DNA from: an uncultured Clostridia bacterium
GTDB lineage: Bacteria; Bacillota; Clostridia; TANB77; CAG-508
NCBI GenBank assembly: GCA_944388705.1
Contig: CALXJU010000002.1
Span: 3,041 to 67,040 of the forward strand
Direction of reading: 5' to 3'
Length of the DNA: 64,000 nt
The position numbers were made by a program, and so were the translations under genes. The notes under the pieces are model-generated. The model was given only the letters and a program-made list of their open reading frames with translations, had not been told where the DNA came from and made no database searches. This document shows, in pieces, positions 20,801 to 30,169 of this stretch; position 1 is the stretch's first letter, and each line of letters opens with the position of its first letter.

Positions 20801-23800
20801 ACTAGTTCCTTCTACTGTTATAATACTATCTCCTATAACTACTGCTGCTGAACCGTTTCCTCCTCCATATGCACTTCCAGTAATATTTGCATTTGTTAGT
20901 AGTACATCTGTATCTCCAGAGGTTATTGCTTCATTTCCTCCTCCATATACATTTTCTGCTATACTATTTACAATAACTTCTGTATCTATTGTATTTCCTC
21001 CTGCATTATTTCCTCCAAATACATTTTTTACTGTTCCTGAATTTATTGTTACATATGATTTTGTTACTGTTCCTTGTTGGTTTGAACCTCCATATATATT
21101 TTCTGCTGTACTTCCTGCAAGTATTATTGTAGTATTTGTTACATTTGCTGCATTTCCTCCACCAAATCCGTTTGTTACTACTCCTCCTGTTAAATTTACA
21201 TTACTTGCTGTTGTTTCTGCCTGATATCCTCCACCATATACATTTGTTGTTGTTCCTCCTGTTACATATACATTTGTTGTTGTTGTTGTTCCTCCTACAT
21301 TATTTCCTCCATATACATTTTCTGCTGTTCCTGATTGTATATATACATGGCTTGCTGTTACTGTTCCTGATGAGTCTGAACCTCCAAATATATTTTCAGC
21401 ATGTCCTCCTTGTAAATAAATTGCTCTTGTTGTATCTGCTGAACCTGATGAAAGTAAATTTGCTGCTCTTCCTCCATTAAATGCATTTGTTACATCTGCA
21501 TTTCCTAATAAATATACATATACTCCTGGTGATGATGTTGTTATATTTGCTTGGTTTCCTCCTCCATATGCTCCTAATATTGTTGATTTATAAGTTTCTC
21601 CTATATTTACTGTTATAATTCCTGAAGTTGTTCCATTTATGTCATTTCCTCCAAATACACTTGCTTCTGGAAGATTGCTTCCATCTACATTTATTGTTGC
21701 TGTTCCACTTATTGTTGCTGCTCTTTGCTCATTTCCTTTTCCACCTGCAAATATAAATCCTATTATTGATATTGTATTTGGCGTATCTGGTATATCTTGT
21801 ATATTTACTTCTACATTTCCATTCATTCTTCCTAATTGGCTTCCACCATATCCACTTCCATAAATTCGTACATTTTGGTCTGTATCTAGAATATTTACTA
21901 CTGCATTTCCTGATATTGTTGTGTTTTGTCCATATCCTCCTCCGAATAATACCCCATTAACTGTAGTATTTCCTTCTACTCCTAATGTTCCTCCTGTTAC
22001 ATTTATTGCTGATGTTGTTGATATTGTTCCTGATGAGTTTGAACCTCCATATACTGCTCCTTTTACTTGTCCACCTTTTACATTTACTATTGTTTGTCCA
22101 TATATATTGTTCTGATTTGCTCCTCCATATACATTTTGGTCTACTGTTCCACCAATTATTTCTATCTTAGCTGTTGCTCTTGTAGAATTTGTTTCTCCTA
22201 CTATTCCATAGTTTCCTCCTCCATACACACTATTTAATATATGTGCATTTTGGTCTACTATTATATGTGAATTATTTACTTGTCCTGAATTTGCTACATC
22301 ATTTGTTCCATTTCCTGCTCCTAGTACATTTCCAGCTTGAACTTCATATAATGTACTATTTAATGTGTCTTGTGTTCCTATTTGTGCATTTCCACCTATA
22401 TATATTAATGTATCACAATTTAAAATTTTTCCATTATCTGTTCTTGTAGAATATGCTCCATTTGAACCTCCACTTATACTATATCTTATACTTCCTCCAG
22501 TTACTTGTATTATTCTATCTTCATAGGTTTCAGAACGACCTGCTCCTCCGACTATATTATATACTTCTCCGCCTTTTACATATATTCTTGTTTCAACCCC
22601 TGAATTTTGTGTAGTTTTTAATCCTCCTATTATATTAGCTATTTGTCCACCTTCAACAATCATATATCTATCACTTATATCTCTTGTTGAACTACTTGTA
22701 ACTTGTCCATATCCTCCTACATATATTCCAGCATATGCACTTTCAGTATAATCTCCTCCTTGTCCTTCAAAATAATCTATTCCAAATCTTCCACTTTTTA
22801 CATTTATTAGATATGCCATTTCATCTACTGTGTTTTTTCCATTTACTCCACTACCTGAATTCATAGTTGTTCTATAATATACTGATAAATCATTATTTTT
22901 ATTTAATGCTCTATCTATATCACTTCCTAATACTAAATATGCTGTTCCATAATATGATAATGATGTGCCATTTCTATTAATTCCCTGTATTGAAGAATAT
23001 TTTCCTGATTCAACAACTAATCTATATTCATTATCATCATTTCTTGTGCTTCCAATTGTCCCTGCACCTGTTGCTCCTAATACATTACCAAATGTTGCTG
23101 CATTATCTCCACTTCCTGCGATTGTTATTCCTCTACCTATTCTTACATTATTAGCTCTTCCATAAAACATAGGATATGCTGTCGAAAAACTTGTTCCACT
23201 ACTATTTGATGTGTATCCTGATGCTTCTATATTTAAATATTCCATTTGGAAATCATTATATATTTCAAAATCAAAATAATTTCTATTTGTTAATGTTAAT
23301 TTTGCATTTTGTCTATAATCTACATCTCCATATAAACTTGTTAATGTAAATGCTATATTTAAGTTATCATAATAGTATCCGTTATCTTGCGTATCTCCTA
23401 ATTGAGGAGCTCCTGCTTGTGCATATGTTAAAAAGTAAAATTGTTGTCCGTTTCTAGAAGATGTAGTTGTTGTCCACCCATTGCTATATCTAATATAATA
23501 TGTTGTTCCAAACCATCCTCCTGTACTATATGAAAATCTTCTATTTGAATATTCCCATTCAAATGCAGTATTACTCATAGTTAATCCATTATCATAAGCT
23601 AAATATTGTCCTGTTGCAACATTTTGTATTGTGCAAGTAGATGATGACCATCCTTCTTCAATTATTGATATTGTCCATTTTACATTATCTTCTGGGTTTT
23701 CGTCTGGTAATCTTGTGTTTGTTATTGAATTTCCATTTGCAGTTATCGCATTACTTCCTGCACCTGTTCCTGTTGCTAATATAAATGTTCCTGAAGATAT

Positions 23801-25414
23801 TGATGTTGTTGATTCATATCCTGTATATGTTGATGCTGATACTGGTGTTGTATAATTTATAGATGTATCCATATTTGACATCATAACTACAATATTATTT
23901 TCTCTATCATTTGCATTTGATGTATTATTTCTTAATATTCTTAGAGCTGCTCCCCATGAACCAACTGGTGTTTCTGGTGTTAAACCATTATTTGAGTCTA
24001 CACCAATATTTTGACTAACATATACAACTGTTGCTGTTGTCCAATTTGCATATACATTTATTGTTATATTTGTAGAACCTGTTACTGTTATTGTTTGTAC
24101 ATTTGTATGTGAGTTTTTAGTAATTGTTCCATCTGATGATGTCCAACCACCAAAACCATATCCTGTTGGCCTATCTATAAATGGATTGTCTATTAATTCA
24201 ATTGATACATTTCCATTTATTATTGGTGCTGTTTTCTTATATGTAATTACATTATATCTTTCTGTAAGTGATACATATCCTACTTTTTCTGGCTCTACCT
24301 CATTATTTGCATATCCATGATAATTTATTGTTACATTTGCTAGATTAGCTTCTGTATATGTTCCTCTATATTCTCCTGATATATTATCAGTATAATTTTT
24401 TCCTAAATAATAATACTTATCTGAGTCTGCATCATCTATTGTTAATACACTATCTGCCATACCATCTACTGCTAATGTTGTTGCTTCTACATCTTCTAAT
24501 GCAAATATAGAAAATCCATCTGTTTCTACTGATGTTGTGTTTTCATTTTGCTCATCTTCTAATTTTTCTACTTTATTTGTATCATCTATATGCCATACAT
24601 TTACTTCTTTGTTTTGTAATGATTCTTTTTCTATTTTTACATTTAAATTTTCAGCAACATCATATGGTTCAAATATTTCTTCTCCTACTTGAATTTTTAT
24701 GTCATATGCTACTGCTAAAATTACTGGTGTTGATGTTTGTTCTCTTATTGTTGTTTGTGCTTCTTTTTTGTTTATTTCTTCTACTTTTAATTGTGCATTT
24801 TCTGGCATATATCCTGTTACTATTATTTTACTATCATTTATTTGTTGTTCTAATAATTTGTTATATAATTTTTGACCTTCTTTTTCTTTTGTATCATAAT
24901 GTGCTAATATTGTTAATTCTTTTTTTTCTATTTCACTTGTTGTTAAATATATTTTATTTTCAGGTAATACATCATCTGGACCTATTTCATTTATATTATT
25001 TTCAACATCTTGTTCATTTTCTGTTGTTTGTATATCTTCTTCTATTGTTTCTTCTGTTTTATTATTTTCTTCTGTTTCTTCTAATTCTTCTGTTTCATCA
25101 TTTTCTTGTATAATTTTACTTGGTTCTAAATAATATGAATATTTTATTACTTTTTTATTATTTATGTATTCTGGTAATTTTATATAAAATGATTCTCCAT
25201 CACTTCCTGATGTTGCATCTACTGTAAGTTTTTCTATATTTTCTTGTATTTCAGAATTTTTTATGTTGACATTTACTTCTATTATGTCTTTAGCTTTTGA
25301 AAAATTTGATGTATAATATGTTGCTACTGCGATAACAGAAAATATTAAAAGAAATGCTGTATTGATTATTTTTCTTTTTAACATTCTTTTTTTGTGTTTT
25401 TCCAAATGCTTCAT
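17846..25414 (-). CDS. Giant (2522 aa) surface protein with a parallel beta-helix repeat core and a Listeria-Bacteroides (Flg_new) repeat
   Basis: Basic N-terminus + TM helix + VATYYTSNFS. GYGFGGWTSSDGTITKN matches the Flg_new-type repeat. More than 20 consecutive units of about 19-20 aa have the form x-V/I-[YF]-G-G-x-N (VYGGGNYG, VYGGANQN, VYGGSNSS, IFGGSDSS, VYGGNNVG, VFGGNNAG, LFGGGNAA...). No LPXTG or SLH motif was seen. Confidence 0.85.
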   Translation of the reverse strand: MKHLEKHKKRMLKRKIINTAFLLIFSVIAVATYYTSNFSKAKDIIEVNVNIKNSEIQENIEKLTVDATSGSDGESFYIKLPEYINNKKVIKYSYYLEPSKIIQENDETEELEETEENNKTEETIEEDIQTTENEQDVENNINEIGPDDVLPENKIYLTTSEIEKKELTILAHYDTKEKEGQKLYNKLLEQQINDSKIIVTGYMPENAQLKVEEINKKEAQTTIREQTSTPVILAVAYDIKIQVGEEIFEPYDVAENLNVKIEKESLQNKEVNVWHIDDTNKVEKLEDEQNENTTSVETDGFSIFALEDVEATTLAVDGMADSVLTIDDADSDKYYYLGKNYTDNISGEYRGTYTEANLANVTINYHGYANNEVEPEKVGYVSLTERYNVITYKKTAPIINGNVSIELIDNPFIDRPTGYGFGGWTSSDGTITKNSHTNVQTITVTGSTNITINVYANWTTATVVYVSQNIGVDSNNGLTPETPVGSWGAALRILRNNTSNANDRENNIVVMMSNMDTSINYTTPVSASTYTGYESTTSISSGTFILATGTGAGSNAITANGNSITNTRLPDENPEDNVKWTISIIEEGWSSSTCTIQNVATGQYLAYDNGLTMSNTAFEWEYSNRRFSYSTGGWFGTTYYIRYSNGWTTTTSSRNGQQFYFLTYAQAGAPQLGDTQDNGYYYDNLNIAFTLTSLYGDVDYRQNAKLTLTNRNYFDFEIYNDFQMEYLNIEASGYTSNSSGTSFSTAYPMFYGRANNVRIGRGITIAGSGDNAATFGNVLGATGAGTIGSTRNDDNEYRLVVESGKYSSIQGINRNGTSLSYYGTAYLVLGSDIDRALNKNNDLSVYYRTTMNSGSGVNGKNTVDEMAYLINVKSGRFGIDYFEGQGGDYTESAYAGIYVGGYGQVTSSSTRDISDRYMIVEGGQIANIIGGLKTTQNSGVETRIYVKGGEVYNIVGGAGRSETYEDRIIQVTGGSIRYSISGGSNGAYSTRTDNGKILNCDTLIYIGGNAQIGTQDTLNSTLYEVQAGNVLGAGNGTNDVANSGQVNNSHIIVDQNAHILNSVYGGGNYGIVGETNSTRATAKIEIIGGTVDQNVYGGANQNNIYGQTIVNVKGGQVKGAVYGGSNSSGTISTTSAINVTGGTLGVEGNTTVNGVLFGGGYGQNTTISGNAVVNILDTDQNVRIYGSGYGGSQLGRMNGNVEVNIQDIPDTPNTISIIGFIFAGGKGNEQRAATISGTATINVDGSNLPEASVFGGNDINGTTSGIITVNIGETYKSTILGAYGGGNQANITTSSPGVYVYLLGNADVTNAFNGGRAANLLSSGSADTTRAIYLQGGHAENIFGGSDSSGTVTASHVYIQSGTAENVYGGNNVGGTTTTTNVYVTGGTTTNVYGGGYQAETTASNVNLTGGVVTNGFGGGNAANVTNTTIILAGSTAENIYGGSNQQGTVTKSYVTINSGTVKNVFGGNNAGGNTIDTEVIVNSIAENVYGGGNEAITSGDTDVLLTNANITGSAYGGGNGSAAVVIGDSIITVEGTSNIAGDLFGGGNAAATGTAENKNSVVRVYITGATIGGDVYGAANTSVVNGETQVRIGKAVVGDDSLTQGNIEIAGTVFGGGKSNTAGSEDYDFTFESVTGDVNIDINANEYDNGTYTFNIGESIFGSGNAAKISGNGYIRVSNYGSADNLKDNISIQRATQVTLDNCGIYLEGTTDRTNEISSAVYTFNRINELIIKNNTTLYLASGANILEKLTSVDGTNNKATVEIGENGVVSRNVDNRIYILQGKNLILATEAGAHGDVSGMTYIGMFSGTMTRNTGIYSPDYDEGDTIPADIEQFERNSYVQGKHYESHNIEVDGFYTNYDNEGIINVEYIIPTPENAIYYQWILGEITDDIFYGPIELIATKYATTSTHVLSLDGLSFPNMNIEVVGFDTSELSPDVEIVDQNEIPNIEMDPIKANGRFGLTMTTGDTGWQTKGTSEFFTTEDNKNGTFAGETQFLSDNSTTTPTFSFYLANSKNISENENLGTVTIELEVTYLENDEMKMRKVYIDLMISTNNTTSLENDYYEGAITPGRKYSMFPTTNTSITSNSSLSTYYSLYLGNYSTQDKYYDDFVGYKHWLISTCVLPAKTKITMIDRSGSTVKYYYYIVTPEDEASGKREYPFIDFTAMGSTNEKYSSDQAYYNKDMDIVLEEFIFQVDFADITLANTLSNQRLIVELRDLWDNTTKLTVNTDQYPMIFNLYSDKEAIKSVDASTNKQFIYMGESFGIDLSTVYEYQIENSEIIYDTTHFDDQLGVKLTILEGSTPLTSSDLTGIYIELDGNRYYARADGSFRMKIADAVSNVLTNMIVYTTNGSLETATYTFQFETFGSLDGVYFSSAIATDSFNLQIINTDYGLTAELDENSVLIDKTTGFTKNDNNELNFTINYQAEFENPKLHVSLYRRDYDNIYTSTYSLVNLADYVSNTLTATSTQNEYLVTDNLQETQNFNLMLKDNLVTGTYKVVFSLYDGENYIGNVEKMIIIK

Positions 25415-25423
25415 CTGTTCCTC

Positions 25424-25957
25424 CTAATTTACTTTTTCATCTCTCAATTCTATTTTTATTGCATCACTAAAGTTTCCTTCGCAAACTATTGTTGAACGTA
25501 TACTTTCTCCTGGTTTTAAATTTTCTATATTTATTTCTGTTTTTTCTATTACTTCTCCTTTGCTGTTTATCAAATTTATTGGTATTATATTTGTTACTTC
25601 ATAGTCACAATAATTTGTTGTTTCTATACTTATTATTGTTTGTTGCTGTTGTTCTTGATATATCATTGTTGCTTTTGTTATCCTTATCTCTTGTTCTTTC
25701 ATTTCTGGTAATATTAATTCTTTTTCTTTTTTGTTGTCTGGTTTTTGTAATAATTGTTCTTTTATTATTTCTTTTTGTTCTTCTGCAGTTATTTTTGTTA
25801 TTTCTGGTTTTTCTTCATCTTTTTTTACAAATTTTATTCCTACTATTATTAATAATATTATTATTGCTATTTCTATAATTAGGTTTTTTACCCTTCTTTT
25901 GTAATTTCTTGTTCTATGTCTTTTTTCTGAATGTAATACGCTTCGTCTTCTGCTCAT
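25424..25957 (-). CDS. Membrane-anchored hypothetical protein, first gene of the giant-protein operon
   Basis: I chose the start at MSRRRSV because GGAGG lies 5 nt upstream; the ORF track starts 4 codons earlier at 25969. It has an Arg-rich n-region, one TM helix, and a C-terminal beta-rich domain of about 90 aa. Confidence 0.6.
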   Translation of the reverse strand: MSRRRSVLHSEKRHRTRNYKRRVKNLIIEIAIIILLIIVGIKFVKKDEEKPEITKITAEEQKEIIKEQLLQKPDNKKEKELILPEMKEQEIRITKATMIYQEQQQQTIISIETTNYCDYEVTNIIPINLINSKGEVIEKTEINIENLKPGESIRSTIVCEGNFSDAIKIELRDEKVN

Positions 25958-26002
25958 ATTTTCCTCCATTCATTTTTTGACAAAATTACATTTCTATCAA
26001 AA

Positions 26003-26011
26003 TTATAGCAC
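26003..26011 (-). promoter_or_regulatory. Candidate extended -10 (TGcTATAAT) for the 25957-16108 operon
   Basis: The minus strand reads TGCTATAAT about 40 nt upstream of the start codon. The -35 is weak (TAGAAA). Confidence 0.35.
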
Positions 26012-26050
26012 AATAACAACTTTTTTTCTACTTATTTTGACTGTTTTAAT

Positions 26051-26094
26051 ATTACTTTTATATTACATTTTTATTACATTTTTATTACATCTTT
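26051..26094. promoter_or_regulatory. Four tandem 11-bp ATTACATTTTT repeats between divergent promoters (candidate operator array)
   Basis: ATTACTTTTAT / ATTACATTTTT / ATTACATTTTT / ATTACATCTTT in exact 11-bp phasing. A related phased TTACAT array lies at 34425-34489. Confidence 0.5.
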
Positions 26095-26129
26095 TTTGTA
26101 AATTTTTTTTAGTTTTTTTGTCATTTTTA

Positions 26130-26158
26130 TTGGAAATTTTTTTTTTATATGATATAAT
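26130..26158 (+). promoter_or_regulatory. Sigma-A-type promoter with extended -10 for the 26200-27942 gene
   Basis: TTGGAA (26130-26135), 17 nt spacer, TGaTATAAT (26150-26158). Confidence 0.55.
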
Positions 26159-26199
26159 TTGACATGAATTGTAATTTTTTTAAAAGAGGAGTTTTAAAT

Positions 26200-27942
26200 A
26201 TGATTAATTATGATGAAGAACTAAAAAATCCCGCTCAATTTGATGCTAAAATTTCAAAAGAAATGGCCATAATTGACGGACTTCAACTTTCTCAAAATAG
26301 TTTAAAAAATTATATTAATACATATGTTGAAGAAATTTCAACAACTTTTGCAAATGATGAAGTATTTAAAAACATGTTATTAGCAAGTTTAGAAACAGCA
26401 TTATTACAAATAGGAATTAATACAACAGATTTATCTAACTTATATAATATTTTAGATATAATATTAAGTCAAAAATCATCATTAAAAGAAAATGTTGAAC
26501 AATATAATAAATTATTTACTAAAGTTGAAAAAAATATATCAATTGTAAAAGAAATTTTACAAAAAACAATAAATTCATTTGAACAATTATCAGCTATATC
26601 TAATAAAACAATTGCTTCATCAGGAGTAAATAAAGCAAAATTAGAAGAAGCAAAAAAAGCAATTATGGGAACAGAAAAAAAGACTAGAGGAAAAAGAAGT
26701 GTTGAAAGAAATATAAAAGAAATTACTGATAAATCTTCTTCAGATTTATTATGTTTCTTTCCTAAATCTGATAATGATATTCTTGCAATTTCAACTGTTC
26801 AAGATACATATAAAGTTTTATTTGATGAAAATGCTGCAACAGTTTGTATAGATGAAGAGAATTTTAATTTGACAATAAAAACAATAGGAGTTCAAATTTC
26901 TAATTCTGAAAATGTTTTATTAATATCACGTGAAACTACTGGATATTTTATTATAACAAATATGCCTATTGAAGTACCATCATATATAAGTGTTTCAAGA
27001 ATAGATAGAAATAAAAATTTTATAGAAATAGGTGTTAATAATAGTACATTAAGTATATCTGTTACAAAAAATGAAATTACATTTTCTGATGAATTAGAAG
27101 AAATTAAACCTGTTAGAGCAAAACATGCAAAAACTTATTCTGTTAGCCCTTCAGAAGATACACCTATACCAGAAAAGTTAATTGCATCTCAAACAGCACC
27201 TGTTGAACCTGTTGTTCAACAAGTTGTAACATCTATTGGACAACAACCTATTATACAACAAGTTCAACCACAACAAGTTGCTCAACAAGTAATTCAAATT
27301 CCACCTCAACCAGCACCAGTTATTCAGCAACAGCCTCAAGTTCCGGTTACTCAAGTTCAACCACCACCACCTGTTATTGTTGCTGAACCTGTTGCTCAAC
27401 CACCTGCAGAAGAAGTTGAAGAAAAGCCTATTACTAAGAAAAAGACTAAAAAACCTGTTAAGGTTGTTGAAGAAGATGAGGATGAAGATTATGAAGATGA
27501 TGACGAATTAGATTTAATGAAAGATAATGATACTTTAATTATTTCAGAAGAAGATAATCAAGTTATTCTTCCTTATAAATTATCTGATGTAGAAAGACAA
27601 TATAAGAAAAATAAAAAGAAATATTCTTCTGTTAAGGATTTAATACAAAATGAATATATTATCCCAACCGATAATTTCAAAAATCCTATTAAATCTCGTT
27701 TTAGAGAAGCTTATCAATTAATTAAGAAAAAAGAACATGGTCATCTAAAAGAAGCACTTGAATTAGGTTTTGAATTAATGTTCCAATCAAATTTAAATCC
27801 TGCAATTATTGCAGCTTGTAAGAATTTGAAAGAACTAGATATTTATCTTGACTGTTTAGATGATAATGAATTAGATAAATTTTCTTGTTTTAATATTGTT
27901 TATAATATGCCACCATCAAAAAGTAAAAGCAAGAAAAAATAG
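26200..27942 (+). CDS. Hypothetical protein with a central P/Q-rich linker, acidic patch and basic C-terminal domain; no signal peptide
   Basis: I chose the start at MINYDEEL because AGAGGAG lies 8 nt upstream; the ORF track starts at 26164. It contains a QQPIIQQVQPQQVAQQVIQIPPQPAPVIQQQPQVPVTQVQPPPP tract followed by EEDEDEDYEDDDELD. Confidence 0.7.
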   Translation: MINYDEELKNPAQFDAKISKEMAIIDGLQLSQNSLKNYINTYVEEISTTFANDEVFKNMLLASLETALLQIGINTTDLSNLYNILDIILSQKSSLKENVEQYNKLFTKVEKNISIVKEILQKTINSFEQLSAISNKTIASSGVNKAKLEEAKKAIMGTEKKTRGKRSVERNIKEITDKSSSDLLCFFPKSDNDILAISTVQDTYKVLFDENAATVCIDEENFNLTIKTIGVQISNSENVLLISRETTGYFIITNMPIEVPSYISVSRIDRNKNFIEIGVNNSTLSISVTKNEITFSDELEEIKPVRAKHAKTYSVSPSEDTPIPEKLIASQTAPVEPVVQQVVTSIGQQPIIQQVQPQQVAQQVIQIPPQPAPVIQQQPQVPVTQVQPPPPVIVAEPVAQPPAEEVEEKPITKKKTKKPVKVVEEDEDEDYEDDDELDLMKDNDTLIISEEDNQVILPYKLSDVERQYKKNKKKYSSVKDLIQNEYIIPTDNFKNPIKSRFREAYQLIKKKEHGHLKEALELGFELMFQSNLNPAIIAACKNLKELDIYLDCLDDNELDKFSCFNIVYNMPPSKSKSKKK

Positions 27943-27967
27943 CACTTTATTGAGTGCTATTTTTTTC
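27933..27967. terminator. Bidirectional terminator at a 4-nt convergent gene junction
   Basis: TAGCACT (27940-27946) - TTATTG - AGTGCTA (27953-27959), flanked by an A-run (27934-27939) and a T-run (27960-27966). The hairpin overlaps the last codons of the 27947-28549 gene. Confidence 0.65.
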
Positions 27968-28549
27968 GTATTTTTCTCTTTCTTTACTTCTTTTTATTTT
28001 TTTAGTATTTGTTTTTTGTTCAAATATATATATTATTATTAATATTGCTAATATTATTCCTAATGTTGTTTTACTTTTTAGTGCTAATACTATTTTTCCT
28101 ATTTTGGGAATTACATTTATACATTTTCCTTCTATTTCGTCAAATGTTATTTTATCTTCATCTTCTGTATTATTTGCATCCCCTTGTGTTGTGTATAATA
28201 ATTCTCCATTTTCAGATTTTGATATTTTTATTATTCTATGTGTTATTGTTTCTCCTTTATGTTTAAATGCTATTATATCTCCTCTTTTTATTTCATTTTG
28301 CTCTACTTCTTTTATTATGACAATATCATTTACTGATATTGTTGGTTCCATACTTCCTGATATTATGCAAAATGTTTTTATTCCAAATACACTTGGAGTC
28401 TCATTTGGTTTTTGTATTGTTTGAATTATTATTATTAAATCCCACAATATTATTGGTAATAACAATATATATATTAATTTTACTAATGTATTTTTTATTG
28501 TTTTTATCACTTGTTTTTTTCTCATTTTTTCGTTGTAGTATTCTTCCAT
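27947..28549 (-). CDS. sipW: Signal peptidase I, ER/archaeal (SipW) type, paralog 1
   Basis: TM helix, then IISGSMEPT (Ser box), ITHRII (His box) and TQGDANNTEDE, with a C-terminal TM helix. This is the S26B layout. Confidence 0.85.
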   Translation of the reverse strand: MEEYYNEKMRKKQVIKTIKNTLVKLIYILLLPIILWDLIIIIQTIQKPNETPSVFGIKTFCIISGSMEPTISVNDIVIIKEVEQNEIKRGDIIAFKHKGETITHRIIKISKSENGELLYTTQGDANNTEDEDKITFDEIEGKCINVIPKIGKIVLALKSKTTLGIILAILIIIYIFEQKTNTKKIKRSKEREKYEKNSTQ

Positions 28550-28552
28550 TGT

Positions 28553-30169
28553 TTACCTTTCAGCATTATTTTTTAAATCTTCTAATATTTTGTTTGCTTT
28601 TAATATGAATTTTGCATCTTCTAAGTCTAATCCACTATTTTCTAAATTATATGCATTTACTAGTGTTTCTACTGTATTTACTAATGCCCCAATTGAAGAT
28701 TCTGATAAATCTTCTTTTGTTATATTTATATTAAATAAATTATATTTGTCTTTTATCATAAGTGCCATATCTTTTTCTTCTTTTATTGTTACATTATTTA
28801 TTATTGTTATATATGGGCTTGTGATAAATTTTCTTATTGCTACGACTGTTTCATTTATTTCTTTTTCAGGTATGTCAGGAAATTCTTTTATTATTGCTTC
28901 TACTAAAAATGTGTAAAATGAACCAGCTAAAAATAGTGCATCATATATTGTCGAATTATCTGTTAACATTGTTGATATTTTATCAAAAACTTTATCATCA
29001 TCTATTTTTCTATATAATTCTTTTAAATTTATTATTTGATTATTTATATCAATTGTTAATGTTTTTAATTTTTCTTCACTATTTTTCTTAAAGAATATCA
29101 TGTTTTTTAGTTTGTCTGTTTTTTCATATTTTTTATTTGTTTTTACTAATTTGCTTTCTAATTTTTGTATTTCTTTTTTTTGCCTTTCATATCCATTTTT
29201 GTATTTTTCTTTTTCTTTATATATTTTTAATAATTCATCAAATATAAATTTATATTTTAAATAATTTTGATATTCTTCTAATGTTTTTGATAATTTAACA
29301 ATATTTTCTTTTATATCATTAAGTTCTGTTTTGGCATAATTGTCTATTGGTTGTGCTAATATTTTTTCAAATTGTTTTTCTATTGCTATTGGCTCATAAT
29401 CTTTTGGGTCTAATTCTTTATTTAAAAATCTATCTAACATTAATTTTTTGTCAGGTCCTTTTAAATCATCTAATTTTGCTTTTAATGTTCTATATTTTTC
29501 TAAATATTCTCTATCAGATGTTTCTAAGTCTTTTAATATTAATTTGTTTTCATTTGCAAAATGTCTATCTATTTCTTTTTCATGTTTTAAATATAAATAT
29601 CTGATATTTAATTCTATGTGTACTATTATATCTGAACATTCCCAATATAATTTTTCAAATATGTCTTTCATTGTTTGTGAATTTACATCACCTTTTTTAT
29701 ATTCTCTGAAAAATACTTTCATATATCTTCTTGCAAATGGACTATAATTAAAATCTTCTGGTTTTAATTCAACTCCAACTTCTGCAAACCTTCTAATACA
29801 TGCTAATATATTATTATTTACTTGTTCTAGATTGTTTTTATAAAATCTTCTTAATATAAATAATAATTCATCTAATTTCATTTTTTCATATGATGTATTT
29901 CCTATTCCTAATAAATCTAAATTATTGAATTTTTCTAAGTCTTCTTCAACTTCTTTGATTTCTGGATTTTCTTTTATTTCATTTATTTTGTTAGTTCTAT
30001 CTTGTATTTCATTTATAATATTGCCTAGATATTTTTCATAATTTATTTTTATTTCTTGTACTTTTTTTATATATGATTCAAGATTTTTCTTTGTATTTTT
30101 TGGCAATACTGCTAATATTTCTTTGTCAGTATCTATTTTTTCATTTAATATCTCTATTGGACTACTCAT
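28553..30169 (-). CDS. Hypothetical cytoplasmic coiled-coil protein
   Basis: 538 aa, K/E-rich and helical, with no TM segment or signal. Its stop lies 3 nt upstream of the sipW paralog 1 start. Confidence 0.6.
   Translation of the reverse strand: MSSPIEILNEKIDTDKEILAVLPKNTKKNLESYIKKVQEIKINYEKYLGNIINEIQDRTNKINEIKENPEIKEVEEDLEKFNNLDLLGIGNTSYEKMKLDELLFILRRFYKNNLEQVNNNILACIRRFAEVGVELKPEDFNYSPFARRYMKVFFREYKKGDVNSQTMKDIFEKLYWECSDIIVHIELNIRYLYLKHEKEIDRHFANENKLILKDLETSDREYLEKYRTLKAKLDDLKGPDKKLMLDRFLNKELDPKDYEPIAIEKQFEKILAQPIDNYAKTELNDIKENIVKLSKTLEEYQNYLKYKFIFDELLKIYKEKEKYKNGYERQKKEIQKLESKLVKTNKKYEKTDKLKNMIFFKKNSEEKLKTLTIDINNQIINLKELYRKIDDDKVFDKISTMLTDNSTIYDALFLAGSFYTFLVEAIIKEFPDIPEKEINETVVAIRKFITSPYITIINNVTIKEEKDMALMIKDKYNLFNINITKEDLSESSIGALVNTVETLVNAYNLENSGLDLEDAKFILKANKILEDLKNNAER

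Noticed and set aside
27178-27399. A 73-aa minus-strand ORF (N/R/L/W-rich) lies inside the 26200-27942 gene.
   Set aside because: It is antisense to the P/Q-rich repeat region (CAA/CCA repeats read backwards). It has no start context and is a low-complexity artefact.
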